A stretch of DNA of 63,885 nt, counting the filler, from Reticulomyxa filosa (lineage: Eukaryota > Protista > Foraminifera), in NCBI GenBank assembly GCA_000512085.1. It is 21 parts of 21 records of this genome, joined end to end, with 100 filler letters (N's around TTAATTAATTAA, not from the genome) between each part and the next. Parts side by side here need not be neighbours in the genome. Positions count along the whole stretch, not along the records: positions 51,937 to 59,292 come from ASPP01018326.1; positions 59,393 to 60,767 come from ASPP01038829.1; positions 60,868 to 61,867 come from ASPP01040104.1; positions 61,968 to 63,885 come from ASPP01025240.1; 17 more parts are not named here. The stretch is one strand, 5' to 3'. The notes beneath the pieces were generated by a model. It ran no database searches. It had not been told where the DNA came from and saw nothing but the letters and a program-made list of their open reading frames with translations. Numbering within the stretch: position 1 is the first letter of the stretch; each line of letters begins with the position of its first letter. Shown here one piece after another: positions 52,771 to 63,885 of the stretch. The position numbers and the translations under genes are program-made.

Positions 52771-55080
52771 AAAGAGGGATAGAAAAACAAAAATATGTAC
52801 AACTTGTGTATATACATATTATATGTTGTATATATGATTGGAAAAAAATAGACATGGAAAAATCCGATCATGAAGATGAAGATTTAGAAATGGATCGTGG
52901 ACACATGCCTTCGGAAAAACGTCCAAGTGCGATATCAGAGAAAAAAGAGTGGCCTGAAGACAGGGTTTCTCAATCTCCGATGGACCCTAAGCGCACAGAG
53001 AGCCGACAGCAAACGCCTTTGATTGGATCTTCCAAAAACGGAGCTGGTCCAGTGAAAAAGAAAAAGAAAGTTCTGCGATATACATATCGATGGACGGATC
53101 CAGAAACGTCGGAACGAAAGGAAAAAGTGGAGGAATACACCGACCCCGAGATCATTCGGCAGTACGAAATGAGCGTAAAAGATGGAGATCTCACTTTCAT
53201 TCGCTTGGAAAAATCACACTGCCATACCGGCAAAAGCAAAAGCAGATCGTGGACAGGCTTTGAACAAACGCATCCCTACCAAAGAGCTTGGAAAGAGCAA
53301 AAAGACTCTTCCCAATGTCTCCGAACATGAAAGAGAGCTTAAGCTGGTATTGTCTTTTTATACTTTATTATTATTGTTGTTGTTATTCGACATTCGAATC
53401 ATATACGCATGCTACGAAACAAACCAACTCACAAAATAAAACAGAAAGAAATGGAGAAAGAAAAACCCAATATAACGTGCAGCTCATGCCAACGTGTCGG
53501 ACACAATCGCAGCAATCGATATTGCATCAAGTATGCGGAATACTTGAAAGAGGCACAAGACGTTAAGTTTGACGGAGGAAGAAAAACTACGGACAAATTC
53601 GAAGAAACATTGGATGATAGTGATGACGACTTTTTGGGTTAAGTGATATATACATATATATGATATCATTGTTTACACGCTCTTTGTATTTATGCTTCTC
53701 TTCCAATATCAGTCACTGGAGATGACAGCGGCCATTCGCCTTTCAACTGGAGTGCCCTCATTATGGGAGCCACTGGAATGGTATAACCTATACTCTGTTG
53801 GATTGTGTTTATTTTTTGCAATACTTTTTGTTATTGTTATTATTATTTTTATTGTTGTTGTTTTTTTTCTCTCTCTTCTGAATGGTAACAGAAAAAAAAA
53901 GGCAGACGCGTCGATGTGTTTCCCTCACCACGTCCGGGTACTGCTCCAGGACGTGCGATCACAGCAAAGAAAAAAGGATTTCGTGCATTAGGAAGTGCTC
54001 GAGGAGATGTCATGATTGACTTTTGCAAGTTTTTGGAGCAATTGTTGGAGCCTGGAAAAAAGCTGGATGAAAAACGCGCTTTTTCTATCGATCCTCTGGC
54101 ATTGGAAGGCTACGATAAAGTTGTTTCCAACCCCATGTGCTTAGATTGGATTGAGGAAAATATCAAGTTCACTTTGGAGTTTAATAGCAAGATGGCCAGT
54201 GTCCCAGTTTCGTACCACCGACAATACATATGTGTATACGTATATATACATATTTAATTTTTTTATATACCTATTACCTATATAACAACGAACGTATACG
54301 ATCAACATAAATGAAGAGAGACAAAATTGAGCGTGGAGGTAAGAGACCACCGAAAAAGTTGTATAAGTCTGTGAAAGATTTTTTGGATGACGTTCGGAAA
54401 ATATGGCAAAACTCGATAATTTTTAATGGTCATGACAGCAATTGGACTCGTTTAGCTGAACAAATTGTCACAGCAATCGAAAATAACTTGGTACGACGCG
54501 ATGACGAAGTCAGTCATTTTGATGCCAAGGTCAAAGCTCATTTCTTGCGCACAGAACTACGACCGATATTGCAAACTATCATGGCTCATTTGCTGGAAAG
54601 TACTACATTAATTCCATTGAAAGATGATGAAAAATTGCTAGTTTCGACTTTTCTTTATTTTTTGCTACAAATATACAACTTTTATTATACGTAATGTGTA
54701 TATCATTTTGCCGGGGGGGGGGGGGGGGGATTACAGAAAGGAGGTACTCGGTTACTGTGTCTAAGGAAAATTGCTAAAAGAGTCGACGAGACAATGTACA
54801 ACAGTTACGAACAGTTTGTCGGAGATTTGAAACTTTTGCAGTCTCAGTGTGCAAAAGATGAGTATCATAACTTAAAAAAGTTTGGAGAAAAAGTGTTAGC
54901 TCAATTCTACAACGAGTTGGCGTCCAAGGTTTGGCTTTTTCTTTTGTTTCTCTCTTCGTTTGATGAATAAAAATACTATGTGAATTGTGCTATAGATGAT
55001 GGATGAAATTACGAAAATCGATCCGGATGCTCCTTATCATCAGTTGTGAGCATTACAAGGATGGATCCATTATTGAGGTA
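52056..55080 (+). CDS. TAF1: TFIID subunit 1, C-terminal part (zinc knuckle and two bromodomains)
   Basis: EEYTDPEII..Y; CSSCQRVGHNRSNRYC; NPMCLDWIEENI..YKSVKDFLDDVRKIWQNSIIFNG; second unit CLRKIAKRVDETMYNSYEQFVGDL. Confidence 0.8.
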
Positions 55081-55435
55081 GAAAGAAGTTCTGTTAGAAA
55101 TTCTTATGTTTCTTCTTCGGATGTCCTTTCTTCTAAACGCAAGTAAATTGGACTCTTGATTGGTCAAACTCAGTCCATTATTTACTGTTCTCCTCAAATC
55201 ATTTTCATTCATTAAATCACAACTAGATTTTTTTTCAGTCCTCAACTTCCAAATATTCTCAACAATAATTTTTCTCTAAAAAAGAAAAATAACACTTCCA
55301 ATTTCGTTTCTCCTGTTTAGCTCTTGACCCCTGTTTTTTTTTTAACTTTTAAGTCTTGCTCGCCTTCATTTCTTACCTCATTTTCGTTTTCCATTCGTTT
55401 TTGTTGCTCTTTATTTTAGCACACTGTCTTTGATA

Positions 55436-56115
55436 ATGCGTCTCATTTCGCTGTTATTTTTTATTGTGGTGAGCTCTACTTTGGTTTGAGGGAAATTTAT
55501 ATTTGCAGTACGTGCAAGTAAAAATTGAAAAATCAATCATTATTTATTTTTTACAGGGAGAAATCATGCTATTCGGACTAAGTCAGGGGATAATTGATGT
55601 GCGAACAAGCCCACAAAGATTTGGAGTTGGTGGCCTCCGTTCAACAAATACACAAGGCACGCCAGTTATTACCTTTTGCAATACCACTCAGTCGGCATTA
55701 ATCATTGACAGGTTCTTTTTGTAATTTTATTGTCGTTTTCTTGTTTATTGAACAAAGTGGTTGAACGTGCAATCAAATAAATTGGGGATAGTTACTCAAT
55801 CACTCCAAATGATATCAAACCGAACGAACAAGTAGCCTTGACTTGACTGCCACTATCACAGAGACAATAACAGGCGGGACAATTAACGAAAATGCCAAGG
55901 TCGACAAGTTTCCCATTTTGGATCATAATTACGATTTATGCACTGAAATTGTTCAGGTAGGGTTAAAATGTCCAATTGCTCCTGGACACTACAATGTTTC
56001 TTACACTCTGCAAATCGCAAATATTCCAATGAGTGGCACCGTTACTTCCATCACAACGCTTTACGACCAAGCCAAAAACATGTTGGCTTGTATTCAAGCC
56101 GTTGTGACTATTTAA
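55436..56115 (+). CDS. ML-domain (NPC2-like) lipid-binding secreted protein
   Basis: Signal-like exon MRLISLLFFIVVSSTL; YDLC......LKCPIAPG; LACI. Confidence 0.85.
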
Positions 56116-56728
56116 CACCTTTTTTCTTTTCCTTCTATTGTTCATCTTAAGCACTAGCAGAATCGAGCTTTATTTTATGCAGCTTTTATAGCATTTTTGT
56201 TTGCGAAATTTTGTGTGATCCCTACAAAAATTTCAAAATTAGTCTCTTTCATTAATGTGTTAATTTAATGGTTAGATTTAGGGATATGTAGTTATTATAG
56301 TGATAACATTTCACAACAAAACTAAAAATTTTTAATCTTCTTAAACTAAAAAAAAGATAGTGTTGGCTGCTTATAGAAATTAATCAATCAACAAATTCAT
56401 TCAAAATGCTTATCAACAAAAAGGTGAAAAATAAATTTTTGTTTACAACGTTTGTTTTGAAATAAATGTATGACAATTACTGACGACGAGTATTTCAGAG
56501 CTAGACATCTCCCAATTTTTTGCATTTTGACAGTTTTTATTTTTAAGAAGATAATAACTAAGTTTCTTTTTTCTTTTGTTAGGATACAAACAATTTTTCT
56601 TCATTTATTGAGCTATTTTTTTGAAATGATAACCATTTGTAAACTTTGAAAAACAATACACTTCCTCTTGATAACAAGATCCCATTCACGAAAAAAATAT
56701 ACTACACAAAAAATACAAAAACTTCAAG

Positions 56729-58107
56729 TCACTGTTGAGTTTGTTTATGTTTAGCCTTAGTACCAATATTTTTTTTGTTAATAACAACGGCCGCACTTTC
56801 CGTCTGAAGGTGTTTAATCAATAAGGCCGTCTTAAATCTCTGATAGCACATATATCCAATCATCAAACTCAAGCAAAGAGAAGCGCTCAATGCGATAGCA
56901 ATACCCCATAAAACAGATTTTTCTTCAAATAAATTTTTCCCAGTCTTGCTATTACTATCAGAAGAATTGGAATAAAGTGAGTATCCACTTTCCACTTGCA
57001 AAACGATAACAGTTGAGGTTCGAGTGTCTCCTTTCGAGAAATCGCACTCACTGCTATCCGTTCTTTTTTGACATGTTATCGTGCTACTATTCACTTTGAG
57101 TTTAATAAATTTTTGCAAAAAATAATTGAAATTATCTCCGCTCAGTGAATCTATCACAACTGCGAAAGACGTGTCACTATTGCTAGTCAATGTTATTTTC
57201 GAATCGGTCACTATTATTTCGTACTGCGACGAAGGGGACACAAATAATATATACGTAGTTATGAAGGATGCCTAACTTCGTCCGGATATATATACGTATA
57301 CAAAAAACACAATAAAATGCGCCCAAGACTTAACTTGTGATCTGTTGAGGTTGCAATACAATATCATATTGAATGCACAAAATATGTTCTCTTTTAATTC
57401 TGAGTTTAAATTAAGACTAGAATTGGATACGACATAGCTCATTACGAGTCCATATTTGTCATCTGCTGCATAGTTGTTGCCATACATCCATTTGGTGTAA
57501 GGTATGTAATATACAAAAAAAAAAAAGAGACAAATAACAACAAGGACAAAAAAGGACTTACCTTCACTATAGCTCTGGGGCCGGAACTCATTGGTTTTGG
57601 ACGTAAAATAAGCACACTCCGCACTTTTGGAACTATTGTAAGTTGTAACAATGGCTGACTGAGATTGGACTAGGAGTTGTGCGCATCCTCCCTCCTTCGT
57701 CTTGGATTCCAAAACTAAATTCTTTTCTACTGGTAAGTATGCTCTTGCATTTGTGTTTGGGTTGAGATCATTCCAAACTACTTTTTCTACATATATTTCT
57801 GCGTTCGTGTTAAATGTCGTTAAGTACAGCTTGCCTGGGTTCTTGCCAATATAATCAAATGGCATAGGTGCAAAATCGGTCACATTTGCAATTTATCTGA
57901 CTTAATCAATTGGCTTCCCCGAAAAGATCGATAGCTTGTGCACAAAAACTCCGAATTGGTGCAAAATTTTACGTAAAACACTGCACTAGAAAGTCCTGAT
58001 GGTGGCACTAGTGGAGCAAGAACTAAACTTAGGCTGTAGGAGGTCGAAAGAGTGGCCAACTTGCTTTGAACATGCACCACAAACAGAAGCAGCAGTACAG
58101 AGATCAT
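56729..58107 (-). CDS. Type I membrane protein, unknown function
   Basis: Signal peptide MISVLLLLFVVHVQS, multi-exon ectodomain, TM VLWGIAIALSASLCLSLMIGYMCY. Confidence 0.65.
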
Positions 58108-58486
58108 TGTATAACCAGCAGCTTATATGTATGAAAATTTTTGTTTTGTTTATGTATTGAATAGCGTTTGACGAACCAACCTAAGATGAACTTTTCCCTT
58201 ACTTTAAGACGTTTTTTTACACGCTCTGTTATTTTCTTTGTACTGCTAATGAACGAAACAATTCAAGTTTTTTATAGTTACGAATGAAAGCTTAAAAAGG
58301 TATTGTATGTTTCAGAGTGCTCCTCACAATCGGATCGCTCTATCTATAGAACTGAAACGGTCATGTTTCCATCTGGTGAAATATCTATTCTGTTACATAC
58401 CCTTCCAATTTTTGTATTTCAATTATAATGACTAATATTAAAGTATTTAACGCACAATAAACACAGAAGAAAGTAAAAATCATTAT

Positions 58487-58833
58487 ATGGAAGCAATTTG
58501 ATGAGTTTACAAGGGAATAGTCGTGTAAATGCTTTTGGATGGAAAGTCTATGCGAAAAGTGGAAAAGCACTTCAAGATTGGCGTGATGACTATTCAAAAT
58601 TGGAAAAAAGCGCTTCAAACAAACGGAATATCAACAGAAAGCATTGATAAGGAAGAAAATTTATTTTGAGTGATAAAATGCGCAGGCGAGTGATCAGGTG
58701 GATAGTAACTGATAAGTGTGAAAATGCAAAGGACATAAAAAGAGAACTGGAAAAAACTGACAGCATATACTTGCATCACGCAACAGTAACTAGATCTATT
58801 TGAAAAATTGGATGTGTTGCTACAACGAAGAAA
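58487..58833 (+). pseudogene. Tc1/IS630-type transposase N-terminal HTH fragment
   Basis: MLLDGKSMRKVEKHFKIGVMTIQNWKK; GRKFILSDKMRRRVIRWI...NAKDIKRELE...ATVTRSI*KIG. Confidence 0.7.
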
Positions 58834-59392
58834 ATTCTTTATATTTTGATATAGATTTAATAAAAAAATTTTTGTATAAAAAAAAAGTCACATTGTAAAA
58901 GCAAGATAAAAAAATTGAATGTATAATATTTCAAATAAATGCAATATATAAGATATTACAATATAGATGAAAAATATATGATATTTGTTCTATGTATCTA
59001 CAAAATTATTTTTACTTTAGCTCTTTTCAATAAAGATATACAAGTCAAATACTAAAAAAGCCACTTTTTTTTTGGTGTAAAGTTTTTTTTCAAAATATTG
59101 TATTTCATAAATTTAGTAATTATATTTTTATTGTGAGTGTTGTCTTTAAAAAAAAAGTACATTATCAACACACATATATGCATATTCTACAAATGATCCA
59201 ATTGATGCGGAAATTCTTATTTTACAAAATTAAAATGTATTATGATAGTCATACAGTAGAATGCAAAGTAAAGTTGACACCTAAAATGGCACNNNNNNNN
59301 NNNNNNNNNNNNNNNNNNNNNNNNNNNNNNNNNNNNTTAATTAATTAANNNNNNNNNNNNNNNNNNNNNNNNNNNNNNNNNNNNNNNNNNNN

Positions 59393-60730
59393 AGGCTTGG
59401 ACAGAGTTACCATGACAATTGGCATTCTGTTGAATCTCTTCACCACATCAACTGAATAACCATATTCTTCCAATGTCTCTTTAATTTCATTTTCACTCTC
59501 CTGAACTGGAACATTCCTCAATAAAACAGTCTTGTTCAGTTCAGGATTATATACTTCTTGTTGTTTCCGCTTTTTAATTTCATCAACATAATTTCGTTGA
59601 TAAATTTGACATCTGTGATGTCGTTTGATTTTCTTGTGTTTATCTTCTGATTTCTCATCTCCATCCAACGCCAAATGTTTATTGTTGAATGTTTCACATA
59701 GTTGCTGCAGATGTTGCATATTCACATTTACAGCAAAATGAACATAGACTGTTCGAAGATTGGAGAATGTGTGAGCAATAACACTTCTGACCAGCTGATG
59801 CTTGTTCTTCAAGCCAGGAAGCTTAAGCACTGATGTTGCTGACTTAAGTTCTTTGGCTTGAATTGGGATGAGGCACACAGGAAATTATGTCGGATTCTTG
59901 ACGAAAATTTCCACATGTTCGAGAAAGTAATTTCTTCATCTTTCTTTTTCTCATTCACTTCAGGTCGCACAGCGACTTGTACTTGCATTTGAGAAGATTG
60001 TTCATTCATTCTTCTCTTCTTGGTATTATTGTCGGAAATATCATCATTTTCTGACAGTTTCCGTTCTTTGCCTTGTTATTTGACATGTAGTCAATATCCA
60101 TCGCTGTTTGGTTTGATCTTTGTGATAACGGGGTCCCAGAATTGTTAATACCAATATCAGAATTCCCAAATAGTCCACTCAACATGTCTGTTTTCATTCC
60201 AGATTTTCCATTTGGAATCAGCAACATCACAAGTTTGAGAATGTGTTTGCTGCATCTTTTTTGAATTGCTAACAAAAGTTTTATTGCTCCGGATTGCCTC
60301 TTTTCAAACCAAAATACAGGCTGATGAAAGCAGAAATTGTTTCTAGGCCTGAGTATAGCAGTTCTCGATTACGTCTGCAAAGTGAATATATTTAACCCCG
60401 TAACAACCTCACTAAAGAGTGAGGGCTCTGCTTATACCTTTACTCAACCGGCAAGCCTTGTTGAACGGCTTTCTTGTTAGCACAAAGCTCAGTAAAAGAC
60501 TCTTTCTTTTAACTTCGCGTGCCTCAAAGGTGTGGGGAATATGCTGAACGACGACGATACCCACCCTCCCAAATAAATTGCAACAAGTACGTTGCCAAAA
60601 TTTGAAAACCACACTCCACTCACAATATCACAAAAATCCAACTACTATAAAAAAAAATTTTTAATCACTATAAAAAAATTAATTTTACTAGTAAAAAAAA
60701 TTTTCCGGACTTTGTCTTGACGATTTTTGT
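59393..60730 (-). mobile_element. 5' end of a LINE-like element: structured 5' UTR and disrupted ORF1 (RRM-like)
   Basis: KTVLLRNVPVQESENEIKETLEEYGYSVDVVKRFNRMPIVMVTL; intronless, frameshifted; UTR motifs recur next to the RT fragment. Confidence 0.6.
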
Positions 60731-60867
60731 TGGTTTGGAACTACTTGACTTTTTCGACGATTTCGAANNNNNNNNNNNNNNNNNNNNNNNNNNNNNNNNN
60801 NNNNNNNNNNNTTAATTAATTAANNNNNNNNNNNNNNNNNNNNNNNNNNNNNNNNNNNNNNNNNNNN

Positions 60868-61360
60868 GATAAATCAAGCCATCCTTCTGTTGGCCACTAA
60901 TGATGACACTTTTGTGAACGTCACTACAAAGTTGACCAAGCTGCTGTTCAAAATTGTTGAGTATTTGTCGTAAGAGCTGCCATTCATTCCAAAAGTCTAA
61001 TTCTTCCTCTTCTTCGATTGACTCAACTGAATTATTACTATCTTTTTTGTTATTATTATCCATCGCATTTCCTGCTTTACTTTCTTTTGCTTCGTTCGTC
61101 CGCTTTTCAGTCACTTTCAACAAACTCCGTTTCAAACAAATCCGTCCCAGATCCTCCAATACTTCTTTTTGTGAGTGCATCGTATACTCCTTCATCTCCG
61201 GTTTCATGTCAATGTCACCCGTGCTGTGTTTGGAGTTTATATATTGCAATTGTTTTTTTTTGGGTCCGTAACTTCCAATGTTTTCTTTGTTTGCAGCAGT
61301 CCTTGCTGAGTACCATACATTTGTTTTATAGTTTGGATTCTTTAATATGCAATTTGGCAC
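60868..61360 (-). CDS. Hypothetical protein fragment
   Basis: Open frame of ~165 codons running into the contig end. Confidence 0.35.
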
Positions 61361-61967
61361 TTGAAATTCAGTAACTTAATCGTGCAACACTACACCCAAT
61401 TTGTTTTTTAGGCATAGTTATGCTACAAGTTGCTTTTTTGTTCTGCGGAAGAAATTTTTAACAAAAACATCTAAATAATTTTAAACAAATTATTCTCACA
61501 AAAAAAAGACGAGGGATCGCACCCTTCTCAAACCAAGACAGAAGAAAATACGGATTCAAATTGTTGTGAATTTGGAAAGCATGTTTCAATCTCAGCAAAA
61601 CAAGAATGAGCAATTACCTCTTCTGCATCAATTCGACGTTTGGGTCGCAACATACGCGAGAGTGCCGCACTGTACGGTCATTTTTACGTATGGAGTTGCA
61701 AACTTGCTCAGGTCAAAATTGGGTATCACGATTTGGGTATCGTCAGTCGCATACATGGAAGGAATCTGTGTCATTTATTTCCGCCCATCAAAACATTTGC
61801 AAGCATTAAATACGTCTCAAAATTGTTAGTATGATCCCTCCACTCTCTAAAGAGTTATTTGTACGAANNNNNNNNNNNNNNNNNNNNNNNNNNNNNNNNN
61901 NNNNNNNNNNNTTAATTAATTAANNNNNNNNNNNNNNNNNNNNNNNNNNNNNNNNNNNNNNNNNNNN

Positions 61968-62459
61968 ATTATTATTATTATTATTATTATTATTGTTATT
62001 GTTATTATTAGTATTACTATCATTAATATCACTATTGTCACTGTTGAGATCACTCTTTGTATTTGGCGATTCCAATGCCACCACAAATTGCATTACTTTG
62101 AGAAATATGTAAAACAATAACATCATGCAACACAAACATAACAGTACATTCATCCCAAAGTAGTTGATTCGGCTATCTCTTCTTCGAGGTGATTCCATAT
62201 TCGCTTCCATCACTCGAGTCAATGGCACTTGCTCCTCTTGCGATTCCGACTGCTCCATGTCGTTCAGTCGATAGTCACGGCTCGTCGCCGCCGGATTGCG
62301 AATCACCGCTATCGATTGTCGGACAATATCGACAATCGAGTGCGACTCGGGATTCACATTAGTGGATTCTGGTCTGTCTTCCTGTTGTGGTAACGAAGCC
62401 CCTCCAAATGAATCCGCGTCAGAAAAAGAATGAGCCATATTGGTTCTTCTATTGAGCAT
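61968..62459 (-). CDS. Hypothetical single-TM protein, 5' part
   Basis: ATG at 62459; TM NVLLCLCCMMLLFYIFLKVMQFVVAL; poly-Asn. Confidence 0.55.
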
Positions 62460-62750
62460 GCGTTATTCAAATTATTATTTTGTATATAAACTTTTTTTCC
62501 CCTTTTTTTAACCATTTCGTTAAGCACTTCAAGATAAGTACCTTTATTTTTTCGTTTAAAAGAGTTTAGTATTTTCCGTCTTCTTTAAGAGTCTAAAAAA
62601 GCTTTAAGTTATCGTTAAACAGTAGCTTTGACATCTATACGCATAAAGCAAACTATTTTAATGAGTAATAACGTAAACTGGTTTTGTGTTCGCTTTTTTA
62701 CGTAGCTAGTTTTTTTTACACACAAAAAATTTAATTTAATCCAGCGCTCA

Positions 62751-63383
62751 ATGGCCACTGACGACCGAAAAACAAGCCAAGAGACGAGCAAGCCTCAATT
62801 AAACAAACCAAAATGTATTATCCTCAACATAGTGCATAACCTTGAGTATCTACGCACAAAAACAACACGTCCTACAAAGCCACGTCTTCCCTTTTCGTAG
62901 AAAATGTAAGGATTAGCAGCAAAAAAAAATGTGTTTTTTGGCTGATAGTTGGAAAAATAAAAGACTTGAGTCCGAATTCACGTGGTGGTCATAATTTGGT
63001 TGTAAAAGTGATTGAAAACCCGAAGTTAGAGATAAATCGATTGTATTTGGACGGAACCGAATTGAGAGTTGCAAGCGCTTTAGTCGGAGATGACACAGGC
63101 TGTGTTTCTTTGCACTTGAAAGATGGTAATTTGTGTTTTTTTTTGCAAATTCTTTATATAAAAAAGGGGTAATTAAAAAAAAGACCAAATCGATATGGTG
63201 GAAAAAGATGACACATTGATATTGAGAAATGCACAACTACAAATGTCAAAATTTCGCATTTATTTGAAAGTAGATCAATGGGGTATGATTGAAAAGTGTG
63301 CACCTGAACAGTATGGCGAGAAAATCAACACCCAAAATAATGTCTCGCAGACGGTGTGGGAATTAGTAGACAACAGGCATTGA
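62751..63383 (+). CDS. Small OB-fold nucleic-acid-binding protein
   Basis: LNKPK; GHNLVVKV; RVASALVGDDTGCV; LILRNAQLQM..IYLKVDQWGMIE; NNVSQTVWELV; intron 63126-63183. Confidence 0.85.
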
Positions 63384-63885
63384 GTTGCTTTCCAATTGAA
63401 TGTTCTCTTGTCTGTGTTTAAAACTCCCTTTTCAACCTTCTAACTCCCCTTTTTTTTCGCAAGAAAAAAAAGTCTTCTTTCTATCTATTTGTTTCAGGAC
63501 ATTTCATTCAAAAAAGGAATTTTTTTCTTCACATTTTTTAGCAAAAGAAAGAGACTGGCTATTTGTTTGTTTTTGAATTAAAAAACGCTTAATCCAATCA
63601 CTTTGATACTAACTTCCGTTTTTTCTCTGCTATCCTTTTACAAACGAATGTTGGAACTACAGAATTTGGATTGAAAAAGTGTTTCATTTTGTTATCTCGT
63701 ACTTTTTTCATTGAGGAAAGGAAGAATGAAAGACAAAAAAAAAGCATTTTAAACTACAATGATAATTTTTGCATTACGAATTTGATGTGTCCAGATTTTT
63801 TTATACAAAAGTATTTGAATATCTTTCATTTTGAAATTTTCAAATAAAATTTTAATTTTCACAAAAAAAAAATAAAGATAATTAT

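Noticed and set aside
16385-53215. Programmed frameshifting in SepSecS, VPS41, the SPRY gene and TAF1 (also the primase)
   Set aside because: Single-base shifts mostly at homopolymer runs with no shared slippery motif, in both eukaryotic and bacterial contigs; sequencing error is simpler

Overview
This window is not one locus. It is 21 short contigs joined by 20 identical artificial spacers (N44-TTAATTAATTAA-N44), so adjacency across spacers means nothing. Twenty contigs are AT-rich, intron-containing eukaryotic DNA. The gene families, N/T-rich low complexity and homopolymer-rich introns resemble the foraminiferan Reticulomyxa; this is an inference, not verified. Recognisable eukaryotic genes: a mitochondrial Mip/FKBP PPIase, SepSecS, VPS41, MPP10, MOB1, ABITRAM-like, a PKA/PKG-type kinase, NMNAT-like, an RBR-type RING, probable HUWE1/Tom1, TAF1, NPC2/ML, an OB-fold protein, two TM-RGS proteins and a degenerate class III cyclase. 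LINE and Tc1 fossils are also present. One contig (11189-13231) is GC-rich bacterial DNA from a P4/PICI-like satellite or prophage (KilA-N, ash/icd region, PriCT-2 primase). It carries a complete C4/CI-type antisense RNA switch that can be read directly from the sequence. Most notable: (1) that antisense module; (2) introns with U-rich 5' parts and A-rich 3' ends in place of a polypyrimidine tract; (3) two diverged ~190-bp TG...CA elements in inverted orientation with a covarying hairpin; (4) a structured LINE 5' UTR with relatives elsewhere in the window; (5) a Tc1 fossil inactivated mainly by Trp-to-stop transitions. Everything was read by eye; no searches were run.
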